Shown: positions 60,945 to 64,000 of the stretch, in pieces | Position numbering within the stretch: the first letter of the stretch is position 1 | Layout: every line of letters starts with the position of its first letter | DNA from: Amphiscolops sp. MND2022 | Taxonomy: Eukaryota | Reading direction: 5' to 3' | Assembly: GCA_964187785.1 (NCBI GenBank) | Contig: OZ076415.1 | Location: 52,886,001-52,950,000 of the forward strand | Length of the DNA: 64,000 nt | Made by a program: the position numbers and the translations under genes | The notes under the pieces: model-generated | What the model saw: only the letters and a program-made list of their open reading frames with translations | What the model was told of the DNA's origin: nothing | The model's database searches: none

Positions 60945-61790
60945 CAATAATTCCAAAGTCAGTGGAAAACCGTTTCAGTACAAAGAGGGTGTTTAAGATT
61001 TTTAGATTCCTAAGTTTAAGCATACATAAGTTAATAGTATCTCTAGAAGGGTTTCCTAAACTCGATTCAAATCAAATAAATGATCTTCCATTAAAAAAAC
61101 TCGCTCATCGATATAAAAAAATTTATATAGAAAACTTAGCATTGCCACTCGAACTGACTAGAGAAGAATATTGGTCAATCTTCAATCAAGGTTTTTCATA
61201 TGAAGATTATATAGAAAGACTACAAACGCTAGTTGATAAATTTAACATGAAAAGAGGAAGAGAATGAACTGAATTTTATCTAAAATTTGATGTTGTTCAA
61301 CTCGCAGATATGTTTGAGAACTTTAAAACATCTACAACGGAATATGGAATTACAAGATATCATGGAAGGCCTTAGTCACTTCAGCGATGATTTCGGTTTA
61401 TTTAATTGAATAAAGGTCATGAATTGTATTCAGAAATAAACAAGATATAATGAGAATAGAAACTTAACCTATTTTGGAATTAGATACGTTTCCAGGATTA
61501 ACGTCAAAGTTTGATTCATTTTTACGCAGAAGCTAAGAAATTAAAACAAAAAGGAAAACAAAAGCTCAAAATCTTGAAAAATATTTGACATGAATTTTTA
61601 TAATCATACAACAAATCCAACAAGTTATTCTGTACGATCAAATCAACACGAACTTACAATCCAACAGCAAGATTATTTAACCATAAACCCCTTCGGTGAT
61701 AAACGTACGTTTATAAACTCAATACAAAGTTTACCTTGGATTAAACATGTTCTGTCCACGACATGTACATGTATATTTGTGTAAAATGCA
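60945..61790 (+). pseudogene. Polinton/Maverick pPolB fragments (central and C-terminal)
   Basis: EDY..LQTLVDKFNMK...FYLKFDVVQLADMFENFK; C-terminal VRSNQHELTIQQ..TINPFGDKR....SLPW. Confidence 0.7.
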
Positions 61791-62280
61791 CACAGCTATG
61801 TCTTCAAGAACTACTAGTATCCGAAGGGAAAACAGCTGAACGAATTTATCGTAACTTATGATATTAGAAAGAAAAAATTCGGATATTTTTTTCGGCAGTG
61901 AGTATGAGCGTGAGAGGTAATTTTCTCAAGCTGCCGATGACAATTCGTTTCTTGTGCGATGAAACGAGCGAGTGGTAATTATGCTTTCGTACGCCGAGTT
62001 TTTGAAATGAAGCGAAAGAGTATTAATTATTCGTTCGCCGAGAGCTTCGCCTGCATTCAAATGCGAATACGAAACATCGTCTACGCTTAGTAGTAGTAAT
62101 ATTTTCTTTAGTCCGAGGAGAATTAAGGGCGGTGTGAACTGGTAGAGTGAATAATTGTGCGCTATATGAAGGATTAAGATATGCTTCTATTATTGAACCT
62201 AAAATCCGAAATAGTGCTGCACCCCGCAGGGGCCCATTTTAGCTCTTTTGGCTCCGAACGGAAATCGGATACTACTGTAG

Positions 62281-62675
62281 CAAGGAGCGGTATGGGTACT
62301 ATGCTCAAAATTTGGGATCCTAATACCGGGGTAGTTCTTTATAACTTTGTTCTACCTGTTGATGACCCACAGCATGGTGAAAGTCCTTTAAAACTAGCCT
62401 TGAACCAAAACTTGTTGGTGACTTATGGAGGTCGATTTTCGGATGCCTCCGATGTCGCAGTTCGAAACGTTCTCAGTCCTATCAATATTCGTCTTAGAGG
62501 AGTTCTCGGTTACTCGACTACTGGGGGACGTGAGGTCGAAGTAGATCAAAACTTTCTAATCTGTGCCAATACTTGGAGTAACCAACACGCCAGTTCCATT
62601 GACATTTGGTCCGTCTCAACTTTGGAGATTCTTCGACGTATAGAACAACCTAGCAATGTTATAAAGGACTTGAAG
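62281..62675 (+). CDS. Continuation of the F-box/WD40 gene (further WD repeats)
   Basis: LKIWDPNTG...LALNQNLLVT...SPINIRLRGVLG...VDQNFLI...IDIWSVSTLEILRRI matches the beta-TrCP WD3-WD4 pattern; ctgtag acceptor joins in phase 1 to give LIAS-T-RSGMGTMLKIWD. Confidence 0.7.
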
Positions 62676-63051
62676 GTCATAGTGATGTCCATTTAGAAGT
62701 TTGTTGAATTAAACGGAATGATTTTGGCTATCCCCAGTTTTTTTTAAATTAATTTAGTAAATTTAATTGTTTGCCCTTCGCTGCGCAAATTGTATTGCCA
62801 GGCACAAGTTTATGATCAAACTGTTTATGTTTGATTGTGATTCGTTTGTGGGCGGTTTTTAGTTGGTGCTTTCCAGGAAAAAGTGCATGACTCTTACAGT
62901 GGCAAGCTTTCTTAGTCACCCTGAAGCGTTCCCTTTTTGTAAATTTCAAATGGGAGGGGTCCTGTTATTTGGCCCTGTGGCTAACAAGGAATTCCAGGCC
63001 TGGCGACGGGCCCTGAGAAGCAGGAGTATGTAAGTTCTACACTAAATAACT

Positions 63052-63971
63052 TTTAGTCGGCGCTTTCTTAGAAAGTGCAGACAATTGTATTGCATTTCCT
63101 TTTCTTTCAGGACCGACGAAGTGACAGATTTTATCAATTTTGTTCAACTTGCACACAACTTTCTCAGAACATGCATAACATCTAACACGTACATAAATTC
63201 GGATAAAACGTTTTAATATTCCGCCCACATAAATATGGGAGAAAAATCATGATCTGTGGTGCGTTTTTTTGTTACAAATTCTGCCAAAACTCAACTTTAT
63301 CTCCACTCCATGGAGTAAAGTGCACGTCACTTAGTTATTTGACTTTTTTACTAGTTTACTAGCGATAGGTACAACTGAGGTACGTCAATTATGGTGGCTC
63401 AGTCAGGTTGTAGGTCCTGGGTTCGAACCCGGGCTGGTACTTGAAATTTTGTTGTTTCCCAGCCGTCGTGGGTTCGAACCTCTCCTTCGCCATACTTTTT
63501 TTGCAATAAGCGTGACGCGGAAAATATCCCGGTGTTTAGCGGGCTTCTTGTCATAGTTCGGATGTAACGTTTTCCAACTTTCTTTTAAACGTTTTCATTT
63601 CTCGTACAACGTTATGTATTTTCCCCCCAGAATTTCAAATAATTTGCGTCCAATGCAAAGCTTTAGGGTCAGCTTTTAAGTACTATAAGACCTTTTTGGA
63701 TTTTCGAAAAATCTTTATTCAACAAATGATACTAAAAGCACGTCCCTCGTGTACACTTTTGTGCCTTGTTTCGTCTTTCTGAGACTTTTTCCCTAAAAAT
63801 TTTTAGAGCAGGCAACAGAATGGATGTTAAAAAATCCGAAAGGGTGCGCCAATTCGGTCCAACTTTTGAGTTTTTGGGGTTTTGTAAAAGGGAATACTTG
63901 ACAATTTGAAGTCCCTTTGCTGTTTTTAAGCCTTAGATATGGCGCTGACTTGGACCGTTCCCGGCCTGTTT
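63052..63971 (+). mobile_element. HINE family A containing a nested family B copy (~63216-63553) that carries tRNA-like boxes
   Basis: ttttagtcggcgc ... ggcgctgacttggaccgttcccggcctgttt; inner attccgcccac ... gcggaaaatatcccggtgtttagcgggcttcttg; ggtggctcagt and gggttcgaaccc at 63393-63430. Confidence 0.65.
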
Positions 63972-64000
63972 AGGCTTGCAATAGTAGAGGAAAGACAAAA

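Noticed and set aside
63393-63495. Functional tRNA gene(s)
   Set aside because: A and B boxes are present but the anticodon arm is missing and the sequence is inside a repeat.

Overview
AT-rich, repeat-dense eukaryotic (probably invertebrate animal) genomic DNA made mostly of nested, decayed mobile elements. It holds the 3' end of a Ty3/Gypsy element, two BEL/Pao LTR elements, two CRE-clade (RLE-endonuclease) non-LTR elements, a CR1/L2-type LINE fragment, a GalEa-like Ty1/Copia element in a tandem shared-LTR arrangement, hAT and Polinton/Maverick polB remnants, Mutator-like foldback elements, and at least three families of non-autonomous Helentron-like elements (sub-terminal inverted repeats plus 3' hairpin, T|T insertion, no TSD). 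Host-gene pieces are: two 3' exons of an unknown gene (6.5-8.0 kb), three exons of a BAR-domain protein (39-40 kb) and a divergent beta-TrCP-like F-box/WD40 gene whose ~8.2 kb putative intron contains the Copia and Polinton material. A near-identical 3.1 kb tandem duplication lies at 45.8-52.0 kb. Top candidate for novelty: the ~1.5 kb inferred 5' LTR of the first BEL/Pao element carries an antisense, intronless, roughly 260-codon JmjC-type Fe(II)/2-oxoglutarate dioxygenase ORF (now frameshifted). Second: three TIR elements with different termini share one ~190 bp hairpin-rich core and are clustered in a CRE endonuclease domain. All calls come from manual motif reading; no database searches were run.
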